Positions 14,053 through 29,260 of a DNA stretch of 64,000 nt are shown one piece after another; the first letter of the stretch is position 1; every line of letters starts with the position of its first letter. The notes below the pieces were generated by a model. That model was not told the DNA's origin. It saw only the letters and a program-made list of their open reading frames with translations, and did no database searches. The translations under genes were made by a program, and so were the position numbers. Origin of the DNA: Eledone cirrhosa (lineage: Eukaryota); the NCBI GenBank assembly GCA_964016885.1, contig OZ024747.1, positions 91,636,001-91,700,000 of the forward strand. The letters are read 5' to 3'.

Positions 14053-14091
<39 letters not shown>

Positions 14092-14274
14092 GGTCGTTTT
14101 CACTGCTGCTATTTATAGTGGTAGTAGACTGACCTCCCTGCCTCTGCTTCTATCTTTACACACGGCACTGGACAGAATTGCTTCCACATCATTCATTCTC
14201 ATCTCGGGAACAATTTTGAATAGCGCCAGTTCGTAATTTGAACTCGGGAATTTTATATTCTCCGAGCGAAAATA

Positions 14275-14361
14275 ACCTTCTGACGAGAGTTTATCTTTTC
14301 AATGGAGGCCCGCAAGAACTGTCCATTTATTTTTGAGACTCGAAAGCGATTCGGTAAAGGT
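14275..14361 (+). ncRNA. Type I hammerhead ribozyme (one stem III mismatch) inside a ~345-bp (TA)n-flanked insert (14087-14432)
   Basis: Stem I ACCTT/AAGGT, core CTGACGA, stem II GAGTTT/AGACTC, GAAA, stem III gCGattCGg, cleavage triplet GTA (14354-14356). Confidence 0.72.
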
Positions 14362-14428
14362 AACAATAGTAAGTACAGTGAATTTTTTGAAATTTACTTT
14401 GAAACTTTTTCTTATTTGCTAAACCTTG

Positions 14429-14548
<120 letters not shown>

Positions 14549-14569
14549 TACATACACACGCACATATTC

Positions 14570-14715
14570 GCAGCTCTTTCAGACAGTTTCAGTCTACTAA
14601 CTTCGAATTATAAAGCATTGATTAATGAGAAGATGCATTTGAATACGCATGTTCAAAATACTGCGTCTTGGGATCAAACTCATGATCACGTGATTACGAA
14701 GCAAGCATCTTAACG
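14570..14715 (-). mobile_element. Degenerate tRNA-derived SINE of a second family
   Basis: Reverse B-box-like GGGATCAAACTC and tRNA-like head remnant; heavily diverged. Confidence 0.45.
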
Positions 14716-15889
14716 ACAAAGTCAAGCCTACATCTTTACAACTTTTGTATCTGATATATATATATGTCATTTAATCTTATTTTCTTATTTTTCAAGTAGC
14801 ATAGCTAGACAGTATCCCACACTTGACTTTCATTAGATGTTAGATACTGCCTGGCTGGACTATCAGGCCAACGGTAGAGATCAAGTATATTTTGTTGATA
14901 TAAAATTTGTAAAAAAAATGGCACCCAGCCGATATAAATACTAATACATTTATTTATGTTTGCTGATATTCTGTTATTGTTTTAATGACATCAGTCATGA
15001 AACTGCAGCCATGCTGGGGGTGTAAACTTTACTTAATTACATCGAGCTTAGTGCGTATCTTAATCTTGTATTTATTTGGTCGATATCGTTTCATCAAATT
15101 ACTATGTAACGGGATTTTACTACAACATATCGAATTTATATAAAAATATACACAATGTTAAATAAAATTCAGTTGAGGATAATAATTAATAATTCATTTT
15201 TAGTTTAGTCAGGGAAGGAATGACCGTACCCATGAAGCTATATAAAGCCTCTAATCATGTCCAGAATGCTTTCAAAATGTGGACCATTTAGCGATGTTAA
15301 ATCAGGCAGTGGATTATGTCTAACCCCCAAGTAAGCCAAAAAGATATTTGAATTCAGATATTTGAATGCAAAGTGCCGGAAAAAATATCGTGACGCTCCA
15401 AGTACTCTGCTAATACACTGCCAGAACAAGTACATTATTTAATCAACACCTAAAGAATGAAAAGCAAAGTTGACATTGGCCAGATTTGAACTTAGTGCTT
15501 CGAGAACCTGAACAAATACTGCAACACATTGTGACCTACACTGTCTATTCGTCGGCGACTAATATAAAGTATTTGTAAATAAATATGGCCGTGCTCATAA
15601 ACATAAATATGCTCATACACAAACACACACATGTATGGATATATGCTCTCTCTCTCTCTGTGCACATTTCTGGTATACTAAGATAAAATTTAGTAAAGAA
15701 GACTTTATTGAATTAAAATATATATTAAGTTAATTTTAATTTAAAGAAAAAAACTAATAATCTCATCCAACAGATAACTGCCCGGAATAAAGAAATTTAC
15801 TCTGAATATATAATTATAGCAATTCAATTTTACATGTTTAATACAACACATGTGCCAAAACCACACACGCATACTCACATATACACACG

Positions 15890-15956
<67 letters not shown>

Positions 15957-17432
15957 TGTATGTATGTATGTAATATATGTATAATATATTATATATACAT
16001 AGATATATTATATATACATATATATATATATTATATATATATTATATATATATTATATATATTATATATATATTATATATATTATATATATATTATATAT
16101 ATTATATATATATTATATATATAATACATATATTATATATATATAATATAAAATATTTTATATATATGATATATATATTTTATATATATAATATATATGA
16201 TATATATATTTTATATATATTTTATATATATATATATGATATATATATTTTATATATATAATATATATGATATATATATTTTATATATATAATATATTAC
16301 ATGTTAATAATAGTATTTATACTTATATATGAACTATATATAATTATAAATATGAAAGGATAGTTTGTTGTACTACCCGATTACCAGTAAGAAAAGTAAC
16401 TCAATGTAAATTATCAGATGTATTACAGAGCAGAAATATATTACATATATTATATAAATAATATATATATATACAGATAAAGAGGGGGGGAGAGAATGAA
16501 ACAGATTCAGAACTACCCATTGAAGATTACTAACGGCAAGATATGGAAAGTAGGAAAACAGTCTTCTAGTTAAGTTAGTTATTCATACATATGGCCTGAA
16601 ATACTTCTGCGTGATCAACTCAGTTAACTTTGCAAAAACCACAGAGACATACTTAAGCCTCCCCACTGAATAACACTATTTCAACACAACTAATTTCTAG
16701 AAAAGGCGCCCATTTACCCCATCAAAACAATTATATTTTTCTTTATTCTTTGCATTGATTAGGTAACCTGTTTTAGTTTGCCAAAAAAGATCCATATCGG
16801 AAACAATTACTTTGTAAACCCTTTTCTTACCAGCGTGTTTGTTAGTTTCTAGTAATCGACGAATGTCTTCGATTTTCTTGCTCTCAAGTTGATTCTAATT
16901 CACTTGGAGTCATCGACTCATAGAGGAAAACCATTCGCTGATGAAACCAAACTGTAAATTTAAGAGACTGTTTCCGTGAATTGATAATTTTTATAATACA
17001 TTAATCAACATATATGGTTCCGATACAATGTCATCTAAATGGGTCCAGGGTTTAGTCGTTTTGACACTGAACCTTTCCATGTTTATAAATATAATATTGA
17101 TCTATCAAAAAAGGTACAAATGATGTTATAGATAAGTTGATTGTTATTTTGGGGGCAGCTAAGAACAAAGCTATAACATAATCTGAATTCCATGAGTGAT
17201 TTTATTTACTGGCTTTTATCTCTGTAATATTCTTCAATATAAAAAAAATACAATTATTTCAAGGCTAAATGCAGAATACATCTAAATAGAACTTCGTGTA
17301 TAATTTGTACAAATCCAATCCAAAACAGGAAGCAATAATGCAGGATATCCACTGTTTGGTACAAATAACATACGGTTAAGTAAACTAACATTCAATACTT
17401 CGTAGATGTGACCCCATTCAATGTATACAAAT

Positions 17433-17521
<89 letters not shown>

Positions 17522-17525
<4 letters not shown>

Positions 17526-17655
17526 TGTTTCTACTTCTGGTACAAGGCCAGCAATTATCGCAGTGTATTACTGGTACTTTATTTTATCGACCCCGTAAGA
17601 ATGAAAGCCAAAGTTAACCTCGGCGGGATTTGAACTCAGACCATAAGGACCGTAA
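17522..17655 (-). mobile_element. SINE family A, 5'-truncated
   Basis: Tail, central motif and B box present. Confidence 0.85.
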
Positions 17656-17745
17656 GTATTATACTTTGGGAGGTTCATTTTGCCAATAAAAGCACACGCA
17701 CCCAAAATATAACAATATCTGTTTCAACACACGTTTTCAGATGAG

Positions 17746-17815
<70 letters not shown>

Positions 17816-18077
17816 CAGGATAGAACCAGTTTTAAACTAATTAGACCTTTACTCAACAGAGTAATCGATACTTGGGTCAGTTGTATATGGCTATATTAAA
17901 AGGTGTCTGAGCCCCCTTGAATCGTTCTATTACATAATTAGTGTTCACAATATCATCCCTGCAACACTAAAAGGCTAACGTACCACAGTTGGTATTACAC
18001 ATTACATTACATTTAATTCGGTACTCTAAATTTCTCCCTAAAATAAACAATAATTGATTTTATTATATAGATAGATA

Positions 18078-18270
18078 GGGTGGTGGATTGGCAGTATCGG
18101 TAGAGGGTCGGACGCCATATTTTTCACCATTGACTTACGGCTCTTTACAGTCTGAGTTCAAATCCAGCCGAGGTTAACTTTGTCTTTCATCCTTACGGGG
18201 GTCGATAAAATAAAGCACCAGTAATGCACTGGGATAATTGCTGGGCTTGTGCCAGAAGTAGAAACAATTA
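18078..18270 (+). mobile_element. SINE family A copy
   Basis: A/B boxes, central motif, AGTAGAAACAATT tail. Confidence 0.9.
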
Positions 18271-19130
18271 TATTGATAGAAAGCCAAACACTTTGGGGGT
18301 GAGTATGTTCGATTAGATCTAATTGACTAATACTTTATTTTATCGACATTGAGATAAAGACATTTAAATGTGCCCGCAGACGGTTTCGAAATCAGAACGT
18401 AACATTACGGCATTCCATCATCCGGCATTACATTTAATTCGGCACTATACAGTTTGTTTGTTTTTCCAGTACCGCACACAATAAGATTAACAACAACATT
18501 AACACTATATAAAGTACGATTCAAAAACTTTGTTGATTAATACTTTTTTATCAATAACTTTTGACGGAAGCCGATGAAAGTTGTTTGCATGCCTTGCTTC
18601 ACACATTTTACTAAAACACTGATGTTTACAGTCATTGCTCTTGTTTTTATCGTTAAGTGAACCATGCTAATTTAACTAACAAATATTCAAACCGACTCTT
18701 GCATATAAATGGCCGATGGATTATATTTAGTCGACAGATGGTAATTACGGCACAAACAGTGTCGTTGAAGTGGTTCAGAATCAAAATATACTTTTATTAG
18801 TCATAGAAAAATATCGCACATGAACGACATACAATTATATATATATTTGTTTGTGTTTCATGCAGTAAGACTTAATATGTCGCCTGGTTAAACACCACTA
18901 CATGACACGTAGAGACGTCCGCTATGTTGAATGCCAAGTCAACGGTCTAAGGATATCTCACTTTCTTCTTCCAGTCTCAGAGGTCCCGACTGAATTGATA
19001 AAAGCTGACTGTCCTTCTCTGACTCAACCATAAGAAAATAAAAAAAAGGAGAGGAAAATGAAACAAAATTGAGTATGTTTAGTTACGTTCCAGATGTAAT
19101 TATAATAGTAGTAATAATGATAATAATAAT

Positions 19131-19285
19131 AATTGTTTCTACTTTTGGCACAAGGCCAGAAATTATCCCAGTGCATTACTGGTCCTTTGTTTTATTGACC
19201 TCGGTGGGATTTGAACTCAGACCATAAAGGGTCACAACTCTATGATGTAAAGTATGGCGTCCAACCCTCTACCAATCTACCACCC
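19131..19285 (-). mobile_element. SINE family A copy with internal deletion
   Basis: Homology to other copies; central motif partly missing. Confidence 0.8.
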
Positions 19286-19667
19286 TAATAATAATATATC
19301 TATATGCACACACACACACACACACACATACACACATACATATACATATAAATACACGCACGCTCATGCACACACTTATATTGCATATATAATATGTGAG
19401 ATAACAAAGTTACATTTTACAATCTTTTTATTCCATATCGAGCGTTACACATATTTCGCAGACTATTAGCTCGGGGGCTTAATCGATATGATTGATTTGA
19501 TTTCACTATCGATCTGCTCATCAGATATACACGATAAATTACATCTATATATAACCATATTTTATTCACCTCGGTACGAAACATTAAACAAGTTGAAACA
19601 AATGTAAAGAAAATTCTTTATTCCTTCACTGTCCTGTTATAATTTCTCTGTTCTATTTCTTTCTGAA

Positions 19668-19850
19668 TAATTGTTTCTACTTTTGGCACAAGGCCAGCAA
19701 TTACCCAGTACATTACTGGTACTTTATTTTATCGACCCCGTAAGGATGAAAGGCAAAGTTAACCTCGGCGGGATTTAAACTCAGAACGTAAAGGGACGTA
19801 ACTATGCTGGTAAGCATGTCCGACCCTCTACCGATACTGCCAATTCACCC
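19668..19850 (-). mobile_element. SINE family A copy with CTGAATAAT TSD
   Basis: Homology; CTGAATAAT on both flanks. Confidence 0.88.
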
Positions 19851-20197
19851 TGAATAATGAATATCATATTCTCTCTGTGGACAGAGGGAATAACTATGTT
19901 TTTCACATGTGTTACAATTTCCACAGCGAGATTTATAAATAAATATATTAAATGCTTCTTGTGTTGCTGTAATGACTATACTGGTTCTAAATAACAGGAC
20001 ACTCAATATTCTTTTGATTATTCCTTGGTCTTGATAATTGGCAAGGTACCCTAAGAGGTAATACACGATCAGCGATCATTACAAAAGGGTTTAGCGTTAC
20101 AAAAATCTTATACAAGGCCTAATATATCGTATTTGTCGACAGCAGTTCGATTTCAGATTGAGCTCAGTCACCTTTAATTTCATTATTAATACTATTA

Positions 20198-20392
20198 GCA
20201 GGATTGGCAGTATCGGTAGAGCGTCGGACATCATTCTTTGTGACATTCAATTACGACCTTTCACGTTCTGAGTTCAAATCCCGCCGACGTTAGATTTGCC
20301 TTTCAACCTTACAAGGTCGGTAAAATAAAGTACCAGTCACGCGCAAGGGTCAATTTAATAGTTTCACCGACCCCCAAAATTATTGGTCTTGT
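20198..20392 (+). mobile_element. Older SINE family A-related copy
   Basis: TGGCAGTATCGGTAG, GAGTTCAAATCC, GCCTTTCAACCTT motif. Confidence 0.8.
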
Positions 20393-21663
20393 GATGGCAC
20401 GCCATCTTATACGTCGGATAATGTAACTTTAGATGTACTATGCCTGAAACAACGGTGTGGTTATGGCTGGAATGCTACTGATCATAGATTAACTCAATTA
20501 TGATTGATATGGGACTAAATATCAACAGGAACAATAACAATATTCAAAGATAGCTCATGCTTCCCCGTTATTTCAAGGCAAGTGATAGTATGTGGTCCCT
20601 TTAATAAACATTTGTTGCCAAAGTTTGCTATTATAATCCAGACTGAAAGTCAACATTCCCCTCTTTTTCTGATATACTTTTACACACACTTTTTCGATAA
20701 ACGATATTGTTTTAATGTAGACTCAATAACATTGTTTTCACCGTATAGATCAGATTCACCCACTCCCTGTAACGTATTCTATACTTAATCTAACTGTTAT
20801 GCCATGTCGTCTAGACCCACGTTTTCTTTTCACCCAAATCATTTTGAAAATGCTTGTTTTCATCAATAGGGCTTCATTAATAAGTTTATTTTATGCTGCA
20901 GGCATAATGCATATACACACGCTGTTGTAGACGGCGAATTGGCAGTGTCGCTTGAGCATCGATTTGAAAATCCTATTGAGGTCAAACTTGATTATCATTC
21001 TTTTGGAATCAATAAATAAAATACCAATCCAAGGACTTTGGATTAATTGAATGGATAAAGAGTTGAAGGGGCAGTTTTGCAGTATCTGATTCGGTTATAT
21101 ACGTTTTGAATTCAAATCCTAGATCAGTCTGTCTGGAGTTGCAATTGGCAGATAAAATATCATCAATAGAAAGACTAACAGAAACAGAATCCATGCTCCA
21201 ATCTAACAATTGGTTTCTTTCTTTTGTGAAGTGATAAGATATATCTTATTCTATGATATTTCTAACAATGTTTACGGAAATGCACGCACGTACACACATT
21301 CACACACAAAATATTTTCTTCATACAATGAAATCAGAAACGACTTTTGAACTCAACTGCCAACGATCGGTTTTATTTGTGTAATTTTAGTTTTCATATTT
21401 ATTTATTTATGTATTTTTGGTTACCTTCAGCCTATTTTATTCATATAAAGGACATCATTGTTTAAGTAAAAAAAATGTCATTATAACTTGAAATATAAAT
21501 TTCAATTATATCGACTATGTTATTTATTATTTTCACTGTCTCTTTGTTGTGTGTAAGTATGTCAGTGTGTCTGTCTGTGTGTGTGTGTGTGTGTGTTGGG
21601 GCATGTCTGCCAAAATACGTATGCCTGTCTGCAAATGCTCGCATGTATACGTGCTGTTGTCTG

Positions 21664-21709
<46 letters not shown>

Positions 21710-22369
21710 ACACACGTCTATGCAAATGTGAGTGGGTGTCTGTATGTAAATACATACATTCATATATATGCAGATATATATATATATATATATATACAGA
21801 CATATATATATATATATATACATATATTTCTCTCTATATATATATGCAAATGTATATACATAATTATGCATGTATATTTGTATATAAGCAATTTAATATA
21901 GACATATACATATGTATGTGGTTATGTATTTATGTATGCACGCATAAAAACTCAAGATATAAAACAAAACTAAAGATAAATACCCCCCCCCCCCCAAAAA
22001 AAAAAAGAGGAATAATCATAAAATACAAAGAAAAAAAAATGAATGGGAAGGAAGACATCTGAGCAACAGGTCTGTTTCTGTTACATATGTGACTGCCTTA
22101 ACAAGCCAGCTTCATATTAGAATTTATGATGTAGTTTTATATATTCACAGACCACCGTCTTAATCAAAACACATTTCCCTCATCCCCATCTTTTACCATC
22201 GTTATCGTGCGTGCATCTCTTTATGCTAAATGTACCGACGCTGGAGCTGGGGTCTTTTTTGTTTGGTACTTTTAGTGTTTCTTTTTTGTTTTCCTTGTGT
22301 ATTAAATTACATGCTTTTGTTTCATTTCTGACAGATGAATCAACCCACTTGACCCTGAAACTAGCTAAA

Positions 22370-22695
<326 letters not shown>

Positions 22696-23133
22696 CAAAT
22701 TTCTGGTTGTTTGTGGTGGTGGTGGTGGTGGTGTGGGATATTATTGCTAATGGAGATAGCAGTGATAGTGAGGGTGATGGACGCAAGGAATTTGTGTTGT
22801 TGTTGTACTTCTTATTCTTATTCTTGTTATTAATATCATTTGTTATTAATAATGTCTGCACGAAGAAAGCAATCTTGTTTCAAGAAAATTCTCTTTTTTT
22901 TCATATAACATTCTTTTCCATTTGTTGTTGTTTGTCTTCGCACTCACACGCACACTATTCGCTTCTTATATATGTTAGTAAGTATGCTACGTATTTCACT
23001 ATATATGTATATAGCACATATATAACATTCATGTATATATGTTACTAAGTACTTCTCTGTGTGTTTTTTTACATGTCTACATGACGATATATATATATAA
23101 AAATATTGTCGACGTATCTACATATATATATAC

Positions 23134-23204
<71 letters not shown>

Positions 23205-23287
23205 TATACATGTACATACTTACGCTGACAATATATATATATATATATATATATATTGTCGGCGTAAGTATCTACATGTATATATAT

Positions 23288-23352
<65 letters not shown>

Positions 23353-23965
23353 TAGATAGATAGATAGATAGATAGGTAGATAGATAGATACTTACGTCGA
23401 CAATAGTTGTCAATATCAGTACACATGTTAAGCAGAATATATACCATATACTACAAGTATTATTAAGTGAAACCTTGTGGATGTATAATCTTTCGTCTGG
23501 ATGAGGCAGAAAAACAAAAACATTTTCAGATGCAGAAGAAAATATTGCTAAACAAAAAACTCATACACGAACATTTCTACACACACACACACACATATAG
23601 GCGTATATATGAACGAACGCAGCCTCACTTTCACACACACACCTGCAGATATACAAACACACACAAATACATACAAAACCGTTCATATAAAATCAACCAT
23701 TTACTTACCAATGAACACAAATCCACTACCCTTCCCAACTACAGAGGTATATTTGAGCCAAAAAAAGGGAGTCCATACGTGCTCATTTGACCTGTTAGCA
23801 GTAGCAAGCATATCTTCCTCAAGTCATACACAGTCGTCTTAAAGAGTCATTGGACAAATTGATCCTCAGTTTCTTTCTCTTCACACAAGAAAAAAAAAGG
23901 GATGGTCACTGTTAGAATGACTATGATGCTCGACCAGGGTTGATCTAGGGATAAACCATAATGGC

Positions 23966-24050
23966 TACTACTACTACTACCGCTACCACTACCACTACCG
24001 CTACTGCTACCTCTACCACTACTACTACCACTACTATTACTGCTACTACA

Positions 24051-24106
<56 letters not shown>
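23966..24106. repeat. (CTA/CCA)n trinucleotide repeat
   Basis: Visible. Confidence 0.95.
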
Positions 24107-24324
24107 AAAACATATATGCATTTCTTGATATTCATCCTTGTGAATATTGTACTCATTTGACGTTAGAAGGCTATAAATTGGCACAAATTCAATTCCTGTA
24201 CCCTCACTTCAGACAAGCGTATATCTTCCCCACGAGTTCATTAAAAAATGTTAAAAAGGACAGTTTGTCCCAAGCCGGGAAGCTCATCTGAGGGAGATTA
24301 TTCCATTTCACTGGCATTTAGCGA

Positions 24325-24480
24325 ATGAGAGTACAAATACACCATGGACAGGACGCCAGTCGATTGCAAAGTTAACCCCTAGCTGTATTCATTCTCAGCC
24401 GAGAGAACTGGAGCAACGTGAAGTGAAGTATTTTTGATCTCGTCCACAACATGGCACCCAGACCAGGAACCGAACCCACA
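24325..24480 (-). mobile_element. Degenerate CORE-type SINE fragment
   Basis: Reverse complement resembles the 60298-60430 SINE (GAACTGGAGCAACGTGAAGT..., GGAACCGAACCC B box). Confidence 0.55.
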
Positions 24481-24845
24481 TCATTTGGCACTGCATTAGA
24501 GCTCTGAATTGAATGCGTTTATACCAACATTTTCAAAATAATTTACAAATTGAAAGTGTTCGATAAAAAACATTCGAAGACTTGGAATAAAATTCATATT
24601 GTATACGGACATTGATTTTATATTTATATTGCGGCTTTGCTTAAAATAAGATATAATAAAATAGTTTATTTACGAAAATTAATAAACAGGAAATGATCTA
24701 CGGACGTGGAATATTGCTCTGTTGATCGAATCGTGAAAGATTTTCTGCTCATATATTTCTGAATAAACAAATGGACGCCATGATAGATATTCACTCCATA
24801 CTTGACATTGTACAATGGTAGCGTTTGCAGATGTTTTTTGGCACG

Positions 24846-24900
<55 letters not shown>

Positions 24901-25056
24901 TATCGGAGAAAGCTTTTAGCGATACTCCGGCCAAATTCCAACTCACTCAACAAACATTAGGAAATAAGTGAGTATATTCCTAATTAAACGTTCGGGGTGC
25001 TAACTAAATGTATTGTGTGGAAAATTGGCTGTATTATTTCATATGAGACATATCGA

Positions 25057-25112
<56 letters not shown>

Positions 25113-25147
25113 AGTATATTTGATAATATACTGTATGTTTATTCAAA

Positions 25148-25228
<81 letters not shown>

Positions 25229-25459
25229 GCACATGCATACATATGTGTATGTGAAAGACAGATGTCTGAGGGAGAGTGTATGACAATAGGATTTGCAGCT
25301 GCAATTCTTATTGTTATTCTATATATACACTCCGCAAACTGCAGCCGACATAAAATTGGAGCACAACTCAACGAGAGATGGACCCCGTATCAGAATCGAG
25401 TACTTCAACCACCATCGCAACTAGTAACCAGAATTTACTCACATAATAATAATAATAAT

Positions 25460-26255
25460 AATTGTTACTACGTTAAGCACAAGGCCAGCAATTACCAGTG
25501 CATTACTGATACTTTATTTTATCGACCCCGTAAGGATGAAAGGCAAAGTTAACCTCGGCGGGATTTGAACTCAGAATGGCAAGGGCCGTAACTCTATGCG
25601 CCAAAGCATGGCATCCGACACTCTACCAATACTGCCAATCCACCGCCTTACCAATAATAATAATATTACTACGTTAGGCACAAGGCCAGCAATTACCAGT
25701 GTATTACTGGTACTTTATTTTATCGACCCCGTAAGGATGAAAGGCAAAGTTAACCTCGGCGGGATTTGAACTCAGAATGGCAAGGGCCGTAACTCTATGC
25801 GCCAAAGCATGGCATCCGACACTCTACCAATACTGCCAATCCACCGCCTTACCAATAATAATAATATTACTACGTTAGGCACAAGGCCAGCAATTACCAG
25901 TGTATTACTGGTACTTTATTTTATCGACCCCGTAAGGATGAAAGGCAAAGTTAACCTCGGCGGGATTTGAACTCAGAATGGCAAGGGCCGTAACTCTATG
26001 CGCCAAAGCATGGCATCCTACACTCTACCAATACTGCCAATCCACCGCCTTACCAATAATAATAATATTACTACGTTAGGCACAAGGCCAGCAATTACCA
26101 GTGTATTACTGGTACTTTATTTTATCGACCCCGTAAGGATGAAAGGCAAAGTTAACCTCGGCGGGATTTGAACTCAGAATGGCAAGGGCCGTAACTCTAT
26201 GCGCCAAAGCATGGCATCCGACACTCTACCAATACTGCCAATCCACCGCCTTACC

Positions 26256-26303
<48 letters not shown>

Positions 26304-26483
26304 TTTCTACTATTGGCACAAGGCCAGCAATTACCCTAGTACATTACTGGTACATTATTTTATCGACCCCGTAAGGATGAAAGGCAAAGTGAACCTCGGC
26401 GGGATTTGAACTCACACCATAAAGGGGCGTAACTCTATGCTGCAAAGCATGGCGTCCGACCTTCTACTGATACTGCCAATCCA
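25460..26483 (-). repeat. Tandem array of SINE family A: four near-identical 201-bp units plus a fifth divergent copy
   Basis: CGTTA(A/G)GCACAAGGCC at 25471, 25672, 25873, 26074; fifth copy from ~26300. Confidence 0.95.
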
Positions 26484-26674
26484 ATAATAATAAAAATATA
26501 TATATATACATAAATCAGGATGGATTCAGTTTGAAACTGGTTACACCATTGCGCAACAGAGTACTCGATATTGGGGTAGTAGGCTATGGTTATATTATCG
26601 TATAGATATGAATATATACGTGTTTGAAGGTATTTTATTATAGCGAGGTATATGTATGTGGGTATTCATGACTT

Positions 26675-26727
<53 letters not shown>

Positions 26728-26737
<10 letters not shown>

Positions 26738-27358
26738 TCACACATCACTTTATATGTAAATATACATACATATTATATATATATACACACACACATCACT
26801 TTATATATAAATATACATACATATTATATATATATATACACACACACATCACTTTATATATAAATATACATACATATTATATATATATATACACACACAT
26901 CACTTTATATGTAAATATACATACATATTATATATATATATATATATACACACACACATCACTTTATATATAAATATACATACATATTATATATATATAC
27001 ACACACACATCACTTTATATATAAATATACATACATATTATATATATATACGCACACACACATCACTTTATATATAAATATACATACATATTATATATAT
27101 ATATATATACACACACACATTACTTTATATATAAATATACATACATATTATATATATATATATACACACACACATCACTTTATATATAAATATACATACA
27201 TATTATATATACACACACACATCACTTTATATATAAATATACATACATATTATATATATATATATACACACACACATCACTTTATATATAAATATACATA
27301 CATATTATATATATATACACACACACACATCACTTTATATATAAATATACATACATAT

Positions 27359-27390
<32 letters not shown>

Positions 27391-27505
27391 TCACTTTATA
27401 TATAAATATACATACATATTATATATATATATACACACACACACATCACTTTATATATAAATATACATACATATTATATATATACACACACACATCACTT
27501 TATAT
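26728..27505. repeat. Minisatellite, about 15 copies of a ~50-58 bp unit ((CA)nTCACTTTATATATAAATATACATACATAT(TA)n)
   Basis: Visible recurrence of CATCACTTTATAT. Confidence 0.93.
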
Positions 27506-27573
27506 ATACATATATATAAATTTATACATATATATCACTTTATAAATACACACACATCATTTTATATATAATT

Positions 27574-27609
<36 letters not shown>

Positions 27610-28459
27610 TTAACTTATATATTACTACCCACCATCGCCATTCTCACAGTATTCACATATTTGTATACACCCGTCTATGAATATATTTATATCGAGTCCA
27701 TACATTTATCATTACTCTAGACACATTTTCAGAATTCCACATGTTTATATATTTACTTCCTGCCTGTTACCCCCCCCCCCCCCTCTATGTCTCTCACACA
27801 TTCACTCAACCCCTCTCAATCACTCATCCTCTCTCATTCACTCACAGCCCTCCTTCACTTTGATCTCTCACTCAGCTCTCTCACTTTCTTCTCTCATTCA
27901 CCACTCTTACATAGTCTTTTCTCCCTCTCTGACTCCAGCACTCTCTCTCTCTCCCCCCCTCTCTCTCTCTCTCACACACTAATACGCAATGATATTCTTA
28001 CATAATCTTTGTATTTACATATTTGTTTTTACTGCTTTTAATCGTTTTCATATAGGCAACAACATCGAACCAAAATATATTTTCTGCTGTTCGCTGGCAT
28101 CAATAGATACGTCTATCATTGATGCACATTTTCCTTCATGCCTACCTCATTCTCACCTATGAACCCCATCATCATTAAATTGCGATTTGTTGTCCGAATT
28201 TCCTCTCTGCAACGGACAAATATCTACTGACCCACACAAAGTCGTTTTCTTCATTGATTGACGTAGAAGTGTACACTCTAATCTGTTGGCTTTGTATTTT
28301 GATAATACAGACTTATTTAAATTATTGAGTGACAGAAAACGACCGAGGTTGTGTCCATTCTTTTCGATAAACTTCGTTTCATAATTATATATATATCTAC
28401 CTGAATATAATATAATATAATATAATATATATATTATATATATGTGTGTGTGTACATGG

Positions 28460-28810
28460 TGGGCCGTATATAGATAGGGTGCGTTGCTCGGACATTCCAG
28501 AGTCACTTCAGGTAGAGCCGCTACATTTCTGAATTGAGAGATCACAGCACCCTTACTATGGACATGTAGTGAAAGTGTCTCGGGAAAGAATCGCTGGACA
28601 GATTTTACGAGCAAAACCAACCGAGAGGAGACGTTGGGGGCAGACCCCTAGCAAGATAGTTGGATAACGTCTATGATCTTGACTGGTCACGCTTGGGGAT
28701 TCAGCCGGATAATTTAGAGACGGTTACTTCTGACCCGCTAGAAGGAGTCTTTGAAGAGTCTGTCCCCACGACCCTCTCAGGAATAAATGGACGAAGAAGA
28801 AGAAGAAGAG
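28460..28810 (+). mobile_element. Degenerate LINE 3' end (RTE-like ORF2 C-terminus) with (GAA)n tail
   Basis: Broken translation DRVRCSDI...YYGHVVKVSRERIAGQILRAKPTERRRWGRPLAR*LDNV, the typical GHV...GRP motif. Confidence 0.75.
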
Positions 28811-29226
28811 TCTAATGCCTTCTTGATTTTGTGATTTTAATTTCCTCTTAGTTTTCTGTCTTTATCTTTACTGGAATTATATATTTATTATATTATCATT
28901 GTTCTTTATATTTATATATACGTATATATATATATTATAGTAGTTATTCTATTTTCATTGTCACCTGCTTTTAGAGACATTTTTTGCGTGTGTGTATATT
29001 ATTTTAATACATATTTAATACATTATTCCTGAGGTTTATATAAACTAGCCAGTTACTGATCATGAACAGATGCAGTGGAATTCTATCAAAGACAAGCTTG
29101 CATAATTGCGACGAAACTTTTAACACTGTACAATGAAGATATATATAAACAAGAATAAAACAGAACTTTTTCGCGATGCAATACAGAGAGAGAGAGAGAT
29201 ATGTATGTATATATATATGCATGTAC

Positions 29227-29260
<34 letters not shown>

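Noticed and set aside
17701-17748. Short repeat shared with 62006-62055 with minus-strand CTGAAAA...GAAAC
   Set aside because: Real dispersed repeat fragment, but G8 is missing in both copies and there is no stem I, so not called an HHR
25460-26483. CRISPR-like regular array
   Set aside because: Units are wholly identical SINE copies with no unique spacers; eukaryotic context and no cas genes
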